Shown: positions 30,999 through 43,687 of the stretch, piece by piece
Layout: each line of letters starts with the position of its first letter
Position numbering within the stretch: the stretch's first letter is position 1
NCBI RefSeq assembly: GCF_964204645.1
Contig: NC_134029.1
Span: 9,326,850-9,390,849 of the forward strand
Direction of reading: 5' to 3'
DNA: 64,000 nt
DNA from: Tubulanus polymorphus
Taxonomy: Eukaryota > Animalia > Nemertea
Position numbers and translations under genes: made by a program
The notes under the pieces: model-generated
What the model saw: the letters and a program-made list of their open reading frames with translations, nothing else
Told to the model about the DNA's origin: nothing
Databases searched by the model: none

Positions 30999-33900
30999 TA
31001 CTAATCAAAATAGCAGGTTTAGTCATACATAATAAGCCCTGAATGATCGGTCATTTTTTGGGGGATTGATTCTTTGCACAAGTACATAGGAGGTAGAAGC
31101 ATGAAAATAGTAAATACGATTAACAAAAGCCGCAGCTCTTTAACAAAATAAATACAAAACAAACTGATGATGGAGCATAATAACACTACACTAACGGACA
31201 CACATTCACTCACTCAGACAGACATATTATGGATTTCTTAAGCTTTCAGCAGAAAGATGCTATTTCGATGATAATTTTTTACGCACAATCAAAGTAATCA
31301 AATTATTTGATGGCTGTACCTACACTTGTGGTATTTCATGACAGATGAACAGTTCACAGACACTATGCTTGCATTACCCGGTAAATACAACTGAATCAAT
31401 CGACAAATATATGCATTACACAATGTAACTATAGTCGTAAGCCAGCCCTGAAGGGGATAGCTATAATATCAGCCTTAAGTCGAGCGACAAATCACTGATC
31501 GGATTGAAAAGTTACGTTTGGGCAGGTTTCGAATGAGTGTTGCCAATTCCTGTTCTCAGTGTTGGTTTAGATCGGAGTACATTCTATTCTAGAATAGTGT
31601 AATTGCTTTTTTTGAAATCGCTATACTTAAACCAGAAATGAAACCTGCCTCGAGAGTTTTTAATCATAGATGTTCATTATTGTTATCAAATCATTAAGCT
31701 TTCAAAATGAGGACTGGGCAATGCTACTGTGGATAGCCACCATGATAAACTTCTCACAAAAAAAGATTGTGCCATTGAGCTATGAACCTTAAAAGATCAT
31801 GACCCAGTTTCACAGTTATGTGTAAAGATTCAACTCATAGAGCTAACATGGAAATGGATCCTGAGTTTATTGAGACGCACGATTAGCCCAATCTTTTTCT
31901 AAAAATGTAAAAATTTCCATTGAATTTGATTGAAATTTTTGTCGAGAATGGCGGACATTCTAGTGGCGCCATCTGGTGGAATAGTTGATGTGCCAGGTCC
32001 TCGTTACGAAAGCAGTTTTCGAAAATATCACCAATCTACTTAAAACTCAAGCTCACGATTTTTCGAAAAGGCTATTCACAGAGACAGTTTTAAGACAGAA
32101 ATGCAAAATATAGAATTATAACGTAACACGTACGATCATTTTTTTCTAAATCACGGAGTAAATATCATTGCCCGAAATGATCCTTTAAATCAGATCATTA
32201 CCAATGTACCCAGCATATAAAAGATGATTGAGCAGTTTTCTTTTCTTCGCACAACGTCTCGTCAGTAAAAATATTGCCAAAAAATTGCTTAACAAAATTA
32301 CACAAAAATAATTATCAACGAAATATATAAAGTCAAAAGCAATATATCTAAATCAAAGAAAAAGTCAATCAGACCTGGTACCACATTTTCGCCCATAATT
32401 CGCGTATATTGTTAAACCAATTGGTACAAATAAGTTATTAATGCCATTTCTCTCTAAAAGTTACTACAGCTGTTTTGTATATCATAAAGCCTAACCTATT
32501 GCGTATATAATGAATGTATGTAGGCCTAAGGCTTATAAGTAACAGCAACACACTTTCATGCTTATCTGTATATAACTAGACTGGTAAACTGACAAAAATA
32601 TGGTGCTCGATTTCATAGATTGGCTATGCATGATATCCTAAGTGATAGATCTTTTTTTCACTCTTTCAACACTTCACTGTAGATTTGAATCCTTTCGAGT
32701 TTAATTTTCATTCTAACTTGGACCACACGCTACAGTGGAACCTAGTTACAGCGAACTTCATGGGACCAGATATTATGTTTGTTATAACCACTAGTTCGTT
32801 ACAACCAGTATGCAATTAGTGAAATTGTGTTAGCTGGGATGAAATTCTATATTTGTAATATCCGATGAATCGTTGTATCCCAATTGGTTTTAACAAGGTT
32901 CCACTGTATGCGATTAATCGCATATAGTTTAATGCGATGAATTGTGTGCAGCAGGCTTTACTGATCAAAACTCAACCAAAATTCACTTGTACCAATTGAT
33001 TAGAGTTACGGTAGGTGTCTAGTTTACCATAGTAAGGGAGCGTTGAAGTATGGTACGTATGGTTTTTTTGGGGAAAAAATGGCGAAATTGGCTGTACGTA
33101 CCATTTGAACGGTTTCTAAGAATGCAACACTAGAAACAAAAGTAAAGCAGAAAGATAAACAGACCGATCTGACAAAGTATAAAATCATCTATCTGGGATA
33201 TATAACCTCATCCTATGAAACCAGCCACAGGAAATCAGTTTTTTGAAATTTCAACAGCAAGTAAGAACCAGCAGTTAAAATCGATAGCCTGATTTCCCAT
33301 AATTGCCAGAGGCTTCTGATTAAAAAATCTTTTCCTACGAGAAACGAATATCAACCGACATCACAAGATAAACACTTGAATAGTATTGAAAGGCAACTAT
33401 ATCTCTCTTACACAGCTTATGATTAAGTTTATACCCCAGTATATAATATACCGGTATACCTTGTCTACATGCAAATTAAAAGCTTGGTTTACTGCTTTTG
33501 GCCTGCTTCTGCCCGTGCACAGCTTCAACACTGATAGCATCACGAAATCCTGGCATAATAAACCGGATTTTCAGTGATAGTCTAAAGTATAACACGAGCA
33601 TCACGTAACCTCATGTTGCTATCAGAAGTTAAAATGCCTGTCTATATTAGAGGCATACCCCATGGTTCCAGTGGCATGAATAATGGGTGTTTGATGAACC
33701 GTGGTAACAACCGCAACTAAATAATCAACCGGTTTTTAAAAACTATCTAAAGGTTAACATAAACCTAAGGCCTCGTTTCTGGTATGTAGAGGTGATGGAC
33801 ATGACATCATGTGTTTATGACACCACCTTGGCAGGCGAATATTTACAGAAATCACCGCAGGAATTTTTGGATTCATGACATTGGATATCCTCTTTTCCAC

Positions 33901-34692
33901 ATACATACCGTCAGATCGGACAAATTGCAAAATGTGTGTTTTCTATTCAAAATTCTGAGGAGAGCAAAAAGTGACAATATATTCAAGCCATTATCCATAG
34001 CCAAATTGAATGAAAAGCCCAGTTTTCTTTAAGTAAAGCTTTGGGAAACGCTGCTTTTGACCTAATGAAACGAGGCCTATGATTAGAATCATTGTCGCAA
34101 CTATGGTACACAAAACGGGACGTTTCCCAATTCCGGACATCATACGCGAAACTGATTGGCAACTCTTCTGCACACAAAAATATTTTCCGGACGGATAGTG
34201 CCGTGCCATTTAATAGAAACATCCCATTCTGCTATATTTCCACGTTCGTTTGATATGAACTCGTTTTAACAGAACCAAACTCAAACACCATTAAAACATC
34301 GGGCCTTAACAACCAAAATGTCTTATGATTTCGACGGACAAGTTTATTTGCGCAATCAAAAATTCGAAAACGTGAAAAATGTCCGAAATCAGATTTTGAT
34401 ACACAGAAATTTCTAAACGTTACTGAGGATCCACTAAATTGATTCAAAATACTATATACATATACATTGAAGTTGTTGACTGCTACTCTATGATATAACT
34501 TTGAGCTTTATACGTTACATCACGTTTCCTCATGTCAGTTTTCTTTTCTTTTCGTCTATCAAAAATTGCATTTCAATCGTTGTTTGTTTTCTTTTTGAAT
34601 ACCGGTATATATGTATATAAAAAAAATGTGGCAAACGACGACGACGCCCTCTGAACAACTTTTCAACATTTGCCCGGATCGCGTCGCGCCGC

Positions 34693-37600
34693 TCACGTCT
34701 TTGATTCGTGTTTCGGCGAACCTTTTGGTGAATTGTTCGGCGACAGTTTCCTCAGTCGTTCGAGGAAACGGTGAAACTTTTTTGATTGCATTTTTTTCTT
34801 GCGATTGCGTTCCTCTTCGGCGAGCAGTTCTTCCTGATGCAGACGGATTTCGCGGACCATGCTGTGAAACGCGTCATCGACGAATCGCCGCAACACGGCA
34901 GACGTCTCGTAGAATGGACAGCCCATCTGACGCGCTAATGATTGTCCTTCTTCAACGGTGACCTTCAATTCGAGAATAAACACGACTAAAGTTATCAGTT
35001 CCTCGAAAATTCGTTTGACTGATAACAGTTGTAAGACGGTAGTTAAATCAAGCCTGCTCAAGTCGGATTTTTTAAGCCAACTTTCAGCTAATAACTCATA
35101 TCAATTGTTTTGGATGATTTTTAATACGTACTTGCAATAATACGTTCAAAACCCACTATGTACCCACTAGGCTATAAACAGAAGTTAAAAGATTAAAATC
35201 AAATTTTTCTATCCAGAATTGAAAATCAAAATACACAACATTTCGAACTCTCACTAGAGACCATCATGGGTTTTGAACTTATTATCTGTTCTCCATGTCT
35301 AAGTGCGGCTTTTCTACCACGTACTTGCAATATTAAACCTTTCAGTGCGTCTACACCGCAATGCGGTGTATAAATTGGTGATGGATTTTGCTAGTACACC
35401 GCACTGCGGTGTATTGATGTAATTGGTATTTAATTTATATCTCTAATGAAAGATGGCAGCACCTGTCCAACATAGAGAAATATTAGTAACTAACGATACA
35501 CCGCGCTGCAGTGTAGACGCACTATAGTGGTATTCCCGTTATTCAACACACCAGGGTGGAATTTTTCAAAATTTTCAAATTTTCTCCCGCACTATAGGGT
35601 ATTAATTAGTCGGCACTGAAAGGGTTAACCTTATTTTTTAGCAGAATTTTCGCTTATTTCGAACAAAACTCCCTGTTCCAAAAAGATCTGACTTAAACCG
35701 GCTATGTGGTCGGAGAAGAGTATGCAGAGAGTCTACTCGACCCCCATATCTATGAAATAAACTTACAGCTCTATTATTGGTTTCTAAATCATACTTATTA
35801 CCAACTAACACAATCGGTATGTCATCACATTTACGAACGCGTCCGATGAGCTTTTTATATTCGAGAATGGCATCGAAACTGCGACGATCAGTAATCGAGT
35901 AACACAATATAAAGCCTTCCCCTTTATGCATGTACTGCTCTCGCATGGCAGAAAACTCCGGCTGGAAATGTAAAGAACCTAAGATGATGTCGAATGAAAA
36001 TAGAATAGCGGTAGGCTTCATCCTTATGATCATAAAAATATGCTTTCACTGTTACAATCAACCTTTCAGAAGGGGCGTGTCCAGTACTTAGTAGAGGAAG
36101 AGCACGAGGGAAGAAAGTTTTTGCCAAGAAAATTTTGGAAATTCTGATCAATGTAGATGTCAAATCGTGACATTTTGGCTGACTATATAAGGCACACACA
36201 AATCAATAACAGCTCCTTTCTTTTCAAGTACAAATTCCGTTATTTGGATAGATAGATACCCTAACATTATAAACGCCTAATAGGGCCTAGGTACGTTTGG
36301 AGTGTTCTTGCACCTATACACGAGCAGCGAAACTCGATCAGGCGAGTTATTCTGAAATGCATATTCGCCCTGGACCAATGAGCATTGAGGATGAAGCAGT
36401 TTGTTCGCGGTGCCAGCCAATATTAAGGAACCTTGCCAATAATTGACAAATCAGCAAAAGAGCTAACACATAGGCCTAGGTAATGGCAAGGATACATCAG
36501 ACGCAGAAGTACAAGACATCTCATATAGTTCACAGCTAACGCGTTATATTCCAATGAAGACTATTTACCTGTCCAGCTGTATCTAATATATCAAGATGAG
36601 CTGGTTCACCATCAATCTTTGCTTGGTGATTGTATGCATCTTCTGAAAAATGACAAAAGCGAAGCAACTAGAGAAATGATCATCCTATTTGAGCACCACT
36701 CCGGCCATGATTAGCAGGATTGAGATTTCTTTTTCCTCTTATAAACAGATTCGCGTAGGCCTACGGTAAGTTGTTATCAGTTTTAGCCCTAATTTGTATT
36801 TTCCAATACATTAAAGTGCAAATTGTCATTTGTGGCAGGATGTTAACAATGATGGTCCGAAATTTTAGCAAAAAATCTAGAAATCGCATTAGCAACTGCA
36901 ATCTTACCTATAGTTGGATCGTGATAGTCCAAAAATCGATGACAGACAAATTGCATTGTAAGAGCTGAAAAAATAAGCGTTCCATAGGTATATTGATCAT
37001 GAAACAGTTATCTTATATCTGTTATGCACTAGTCAATGATAGTTCCCGCATTACGGGGGCCGGGAAACGAAAATTAGCGATCCATAGCGCCGCAACTTTT
37101 TATTTCCATAAATTCATATTTTTACCGTTTTTAAGAGCTCAATTTGATAACTTTTTTCAAACATTGGTTTGTAATATTTTTCTGATGATATCGTTTAGAG
37201 AAATCGAATTTCAGATTTTCGTTACGATTCTCAAACTGCAGATGTCTAGTATTTAAGTACTCCCCATATCGAACGGCGATTTGTAGGGCACAATTCCCTG
37301 CATACTTAAGCAATCCATAGCGCATGAATCCCCGCGTGTGTAAGCAGCGATAAAAATAACGTTACCGGTAGCAGGGAAAAAGTCCCGACTGAGCGATCCT
37401 AGTGCTGGCGCTAATTTTCATTTCCCGGCCCCCATAGGGTGGGGACGTTCATAGACTGGTGCATTAGGAAGTGCATGTTCTGCTGATGTGGCATCATTGG
37501 GTTCGAACTCGTTTTCAAAATGAAATATAACGTTTTACTAATATAACTCTTAACCCAGTAATACATGCTTCTTAAAGGGGTAATGCAAAGAATTTCCAAA

Positions 37601-40600
37601 ATAATTATACTAGTTTATGAGACGGATATAACGAACCCTGTACATTACCACAGATACAGTGTCCTCGGCGAGACGCTTATCCTTATTGCCTCTCTACACC
37701 CAGGAGTAAATGGGTACCTGGCCTGATAGATGACTCCTGGATCCAGTTCCACAGTTGTGAGTTAGAGTTAACTCTGAGTTAAAATTAGTTCATTCTCAAT
37801 GAGTTAACTCAGAGTCAAATCTAAACTCACAACTGTGGAACCGGGTCCTGAGCGCTAGTAAGCTGCTCAGTGTTAATATTTCTTCCCGGGAGAGATGACT
37901 GATACATGAAACAGTATTAAATGGCTGGGTTAATAATACTTAAAAATGTCAAGCGCGCTGAGTCTGAACAGCTTCACTGGATTTAGCTCCACCCAGTCGA
38001 TCAGGTAAACTACCGATTACCGATGGGGTATAGACGTTTGCTTGTTTTTGCATTACATGGTTAGAACAACAAAAATGAGAAAAATCTTTAAATCATGTGA
38101 TTGGTTACTTATTTTCTACAAAAATAAATGGAAGTGGTTAGCCTATTTAGCCGGATCCGGTTACGGACTTAGGCCTATAAAAGATATTTTGCCGGATCCA
38201 TATATTATATAACAATAAAATCATTTTATTTGGTTTAGGGTTAGGGTTTTGATAGGGATAGTGTTAAGAGGGTGAGAAGAGGGTCCAGAGGGTTCCGTTT
38301 CACAACTAGGGATAGGGTTAGGGTAAGGTGAGGCTATGTGTAGTTAAAACCTACGGGTGGCACCCCTCTGCGCATGCGCGGAGTGTAAATCAGCCAATTA
38401 GAGATGATATCTGGCAAAATAGCCTTTAGAAGTCGGTGACCGGATCCGGCTAAATAACCATTTCCATAATAAATATCGTTTTCTCCACAAAAATAAGTCA
38501 GTAACCTTAGACGAGAAGATACACAATATCCGTGTATGATGATGACGAGAGAAATCCCACAATAACGAAGCCAAGATTGAAAAATTCTATATCAGAATGA
38601 TTGTATTTTAGGAGCAACGTTTCGGCTAACAACTGTTAGCCATCATCAGGCGTACTGAGCCGAAACGTCATCAGCCGAAACATCGCTGCTCAAATACAAT
38701 CATTCTGATATAGAATTTTTCAATCTTGGCTTCTTCGTTTTTGTGCCTGTGGGATATCTCTCGAAGTCAGTAACCTGTCTGTGGTTTAATTTCACGATCG
38801 GATATTTTCACAAACCACATTGGTATAAGCCCATCCGATAATAAAAAGCTTACCACCAACGATTAGCTAACTAATTTTAAACGAAGTGGCTACTCGTACG
38901 GACCCGTACGAATAATTCCGTAGGCTATTCGTACTATATAAGGCTCATTATAGGGGGAAAAAAAGCTTAACACTTTTTTCATATTACTGTAATATAAGTA
39001 ATTCAAGTAATATTAAATGCGAATGAAATTTTTTCAGTAGAAAAGTATTGTATTTTAATCTTATATAGTGTGGTGTGACAGTAATGTAGTATTGTCCAGT
39101 AATATGAAGTAATAAGACGTAACGCATAGTAATCCATAGTAATATGAAGTAATAAGACGTAATGGATAGTAATCTATAGTAATATGAAGTAATAAGACGT
39201 AACGCATAGTAATGTATAGTAATATGAAGTAATAAGATGTAATGGATAGTAATCTATAGTAATATGAAGTAATAAGATGTAACGCATAGTAATCTATAGT
39301 AATATGAAGTAATAAGACGTAACGCATAGTAATCTATAGTAATATGAAGTAATAAGATGTAATGGATAGTAATCTATAGTAATATGAAGTAATAAGATGT
39401 AATGGATAGTAATCTATAGTAATATGAAGTATTAAGACGTAACCCATAGTAATCTATAGTAATATGAAGTAATAACATGTAATGGATAGTAATCTATAGT
39501 AATATGAAGTAATAAGACGTAACGCATAGTAATCTATAGTAATATGAAGTAATTACATGTAATGGATAGTAATCTATAGTAATATGAAGTAATAAGACGT
39601 AACGCATAGTAATCTATAGTAATATGAAGTAATAAGACGTAACCCATAGTAATCTATAGTAATATGAAGTAATAACATGTAATGGATAGTAATCTATAGC
39701 AATATGAAGTAATAAGACGTAACGCATAGTAATCTATAGTAATATGAAGTAATTACATGTAATGGATAGTAATCTATAGTAATATGAAGTAATAAGACGT
39801 AACCCATAGTAATCTATAGTAATATGAAGTAATAACATGTAATGGATAGTAATCTATAGTAATATGAAGTAATAAGATGTAATGGATAGTAATCTATAGT
39901 AATATGAAGTATTAAGACGTAATCCATAGTAATCTATAGTAATATGAAGTAATAAGATGTAATGGATAGTAATCTATAGTAATATGAAGTAATAAGACGT
40001 AACGCATAGTAATCTATAGTAATATGAAGTAATTACATGTAATGGATAGTAATCTATAGTAATATGAAGTAATAAGACGTAACGCATAGTAATCTATAGT
40101 AATATGAAGTAATAAGACGTAACCCATAGTAATCTATAGTAATATGAAGTAATAACATGTAATGGATAGTAATCTATAGTAATATGAAGTAATAAGACGT
40201 AACGCATAGTAATCTATAGTAATATGAAGTAATTACATGTAATGGATAGTAATCTATAGTAATATGAAGTAATAAGACGTAACCCATAGTAATATTGAGC
40301 CCTATAGGCCTATTGAGCCTCAGGTGATTCGTACGCACCCGTCGGCTAAAACTCTGGAATTATGTGTACTGGAAGGTATAGGGTTAGGGTAAGGTGAGGC
40401 AATATGTAGTTAAAACATTCGACCGACTGTCAGCGAGCTCGGTGGTCTAGTGGAATGATGCTGCGCTAGTAATTTACTAGCCCGGGTTCGAGTCTCGCTC
40501 GATCCGCTATTTTTTCTAACTATTCTCCACACTTTTCTTGAATTTTCTAAGTCGTGCACCTCTGTACCGTACGAATAGCCTCCAGAGTAATCCGTACGGG

Positions 40601-40722
40601 TCCGTACGAGTAGCCACAGCGAATTTTAAAATAAGGCCCAGCTTACCACTTTTTCCAACACCTCCGTCGCCCATAATCACGATTTTATAAACCCTTGGCG
40701 AAGATCCTTGTTGCGAGCTCAT
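34693..40722 (-). CDS. RIT1: Ras-related GTPase Rit/Rin (Ric) orthologue (223 aa, 5 coding exons)
   Basis: Exons 40722-40647, 36964-36908, 36642-36569, 35961-35767, 34962-34693; phases consistent. G1 GDGGVGKS, Rit-type effector loop YHDPTIEDAY, G3 DTAGQ, G4 NKYD, G5 ETSA. Polybasic C-terminus without CAAX. Probably co-orthologous to RIT1 and RIT2. Confidence 0.93.
35337..35624. mobile_element. piggyBac-like MITE
   Basis: TTAA|ACCTTTCAGTGC ... GCACTGAAAGGG|TTAA, with internal inverted repeats. Confidence 0.75.
37022..37466. mobile_element. MITE with ~55-bp TIRs
   Basis: ATGCACTAGTC...GGGGGCCGGGAAACGAAAATTAGCG is mirrored by CGCTAATTTTCATTTCCCGGCCCCC...GACTGGTGCAT. Confidence 0.65.
37658..37990 (+). 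mobile_element. SINE body fragment interrupted by a ~110-bp palindromic MITE (37738-37848)
   Basis: GTGTCCTCGGCGAGACGCTTAT..TTGCCTCTCTACACCCAGGAGTAAATGGGTACC resembles conserved SINE central domains (recalled). The MITE recurs at ~19882-19987. Confidence 0.5.
38130..38465. mobile_element. TIR element with internal TTAGGG-like repeats, possible 2-bp AT TSD
   Basis: GGAAGTGGTTA..TATTTAGCCGGATCCGGT / ACCGGATCCGGCTAAATAACCATTTCC; internal TTAGGGTTAGGG. Confidence 0.7.
38611..38652 (-). ncRNA. Minimal type-I hammerhead ribozyme motif (Penelope/retrozyme type) within a tail-to-tail palindrome (38546-38763)
   Basis: Minus strand reads CUGAUGA U GGCUAAC-AGUU-GUUAGCC GAAA CGUU: conserved core, perfect 7-bp stem II and palindromic ACGU stem III. 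Stem I is only ~2 bp. Confidence 0.65.
39098..40292. repeat. Minisatellite, ~30 x 40-bp unit (AATATGAAGT AATAAGACGT AACGCATAGT AATCTATAGT)
   Basis: Exact 40-bp period without indels; each unit is four related 10-mers. Confidence 0.97.
40436..40515 (+). ncRNA. tRNA-like / SINE-head Pol III unit (not a canonical tRNA)
   Basis: A box TGGTCTAGTGG (40443), B box GGTTCGAGTC (~40485), partial acceptor pairing, T6 run at ~40510; no canonical anticodon arm. Confidence 0.5.
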
Positions 40723-42279
40723 GGTTTTCTTCTTCTCCACAAACCAAGGAGATCAACTCATCTTTGTCCGTCGGGTCAGTGGGACCTATAGCATAGTCAA
40801 AATAATCTAAATTTGGATGTTGAACTTGCGACGAACTCTTTTTATAATGCACGTACTCTTCTTGTCAATTGGTTCTATTCCTATACCTACATGCAGTTAT
40901 TGAACACAAAATCCTCAATTCGAGTGGGTTCATTTACGTTGAATAAGATACGATATCACCAATCTGAATATAAAAACCCAATTCATATAAAAATTATCTT
41001 AATTCATTGAGAAAAATTTATACATTTTGTAGAATAAAATCTAGATTTTGATAGTAGTGTTTATCAATGTAGCCAATGAAATCTAACCATAATAGAGCAC
41101 CGAACGAACAGAAACGTTTTCCTGAAACGACGAATCAGAAACTACAGTTCTCTGTATTAATGGTGGCGATAATGATAATCTACTTATCATCAGATAAAAA
41201 TTGTACATGCGTTTCGTAGTATGATGTGAGCTGAAACTGAATTTGAAGTGAAGCCATTGTCTTTACTTAGTGCCTTGAACTTGGAACTTATATTTATTTC
41301 GCCGTATATAAAATTTATACATAGGCCCTAGCCCTAGGTTAAGACATGCAATAAATTGACAGAACAAAACATCGAAGAATGATATTTAATAAACGCCCAA
41401 GTGTTCTCTGGGACTCGAACCCGCACCGCGCGACTGCATCCGCCAATAAAAAAACTACGATTAATGGCTTACTACTGCACTCACACAGCAGATTTGAAAA
41501 CTTGAACGCATGGTGCGTCACGGATCACTGGCTGGGTCAGTATGTGGACTGGTGTGGAAAGGTGATCGATGACGCATTACTAAACCGTATTGAGTTAACT
41601 TCATTTGTTCAGATTTAATCACCGCAAAGTTGTTGTTCCACCCGCTTGAAATTGAATTCTGGTGAAACTGAAAACCAACTTGGCTCAGTGAGTGGGTGTT
41701 TGCTGCGCTGTTTGTTGTGTGTTGAAAATCTAATTCAGTCTCTCAGCAAAAAAGGAAAACTGTCTGAGACTGAGTAGGTCATGGTGGCCCATATGCAATT
41801 GCAAGGGTGGATTTAGGGGGGGGGGGGTGGACCTGGTGGACAAGTCCACCCTTTTCATTTCAAAATTCTAATAATGTGCCCTCCAGACAGTCAGGAAATT
41901 TATTTTTGTAGGCCTATAGCCTAGAAGATATTCTACTTGTACAAAAATGAATCCAAATGGGCTCTGATATGAGCCAGAAATGCCCCGCTCAGTCCTAGAA
42001 TTTCTGTAGGAGGGCCACGAGCCCTCACCATTGTTGCCCTTTCATCCCTCGAATTGCCAAATCTGCCCTTTTTAAATTAAGTTCCCATTCCAATTCCCAT
42101 ATCAGTTGCCCTCTTGAATTTTTGAAAATGTGTATCTCATTCAAGAAACTAAACTCTAACATTTAAAAAAAGAAATTAGGTTAGGCTATAACTTATAGGG
42201 GCCTAAGAAAAACATGCAATGTTTTTACACGTGAAGAAATAAGTGTAAAAAAGTCGTTCATTGCACTAAAAGGGCTTTG

Positions 42280-43089
42280 GGCCACACCAAAAAAAATCCT
42301 GTTTCTCGGGTGGGGCAGGGGCGTTGGAAATGCCGATTTTGGACAGGCTCTAAATATTGCTGCGGCGAATTTACTTAATTTCTTCAAAAACGTGGTATTC
42401 AAAGAAAAAAAAAGCGTCAGTTAGTAAATAATTGCTGCGGCTGTCGCTGCTGCGGTCGCTGCAATTCCAACGCCACTGTGGGGCAATCACCAAAATGCGT
42501 AGGTAGGGAATTTTTAATCTTTTTATAGAAAAAATATTTTGGGTACACTATTGAGAATAGGTTGCGTAAATACTTTTTAATGGACCAAATTTTTAGTCAG
42601 GAATATGATGAACAGCTAGTAGACCACAACAATGAAAGGAAATCGAGGTGTTTTTACAATCAATTAGCTATAGAAAAAACTATATTTTGAACATATTTCG
42701 AGATGCATATTTCACGGAATTCTCGGAATTTTACAATCCAAGGTTGCCATCAATGTCCGATTAGCAAAGTTGTCTGAGCAGCATGGCTGCACCATTTCCA
42801 GAATCAATTTGTCAATTCCAATGTAATAAAATATTTTGTAGGCCTATGATATCACTGATCTCAGTGCCGACATCACGATTTGATTAAAAGAAAGAAATAT
42901 CTACCAGAATGGAGAGTTTGGTAGTCGATCAGCCACATATGTATTTTTGAAAAAAGTTATTTCACCCAAAATTTTGAAAAAGGGTCGGTAGGCAAATATA
43001 TTGCATTCTGATTCTGAAAATGATTACTTGGAACGACGAAATATCGGGTCGGTAGGGCCCGAGAAACAGGGTTTTCTTTTGGTGTGGCC
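42280..43089. mobile_element. GGCCACAC-type MITE with a nested 163-bp MITE (42316-42478)
   Basis: Outer TIR GGCCACACCAAAA..CCTGTTTCTCGGG / CCCGAGAAACAGG..TTTTGGTGTGGCC. Inner TIR CAGGGGCGTTGGAAATGC / GCAATTCCAACGCCACTG with TGGGG duplicated. Confidence 0.7.
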
Positions 43090-43687
43090 TTAGCCTAAGT
43101 TTTCCAGCATTCTAGGGGAACTGCTGGCACCAAATATTCATTTTAAATTTGTTACTTTGGTAGGAATCATGGATGTTTCTTGAAAATGTATGTTTAAAAG
43201 GATTTACTTGATTAAATAGACTGAGTTATTGTTGGCCTAGGCCTAGACATGATTTTATATTGGAGATGACCCAAACAAGCAATTCTAAGTCTTGTTATTC
43301 TTTTAACCTAATTCTGTTTTCGCTGTGAATAAACTCAAAAATATAACGTTCACAATTAAAGAACCCATACCATTCTGCAATTTGACGCAGTTCCCCAGAT
43401 AAGAGCAAATTGGATGTTATTGGCCTATGTTGAAATATGATATCCGGGTTAGTTTGCAAAATTTGGCACTATTTACCACGGCGCGCAACCCCTGCACACT
43501 AAGACGATTTGGCCACTCATTCCTCCTAGTGAACAAGGGGCTGAGAGGTGGTGCGCAACTGAATCAACCCCTGCTAATAGTCAGAATCCATAGCCGCATT
43601 TGGACGTACTTCAATGTTTATGTATTGTTTTTACCATTTTAGACTTCACTTTGCGATAAAGCGGTATGAGTGTCATGGGGTAAGAAG

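Larger units (their letters stand above)
38882..40621. mobile_element. 1.74-kb TIR element containing a satellite array, telomere-like module and tRNA-like unit
   Basis: ~50-bp TIRs GTGGCTACTCGTACGGACCCGTACG...AGGCTATTCGTAC at both ends; ends 25 bp from the Rit exon donor. Confidence 0.75.

Noticed and set aside
38234-38330. Interstitial telomere or chromosome-fusion scar
   Set aside because: Only two or three TTAGGG units, enclosed within a TIR element.
39098-40292. CRISPR array
   Set aside because: No unique spacers and no cas genes; a tandem satellite in a eukaryotic intron.
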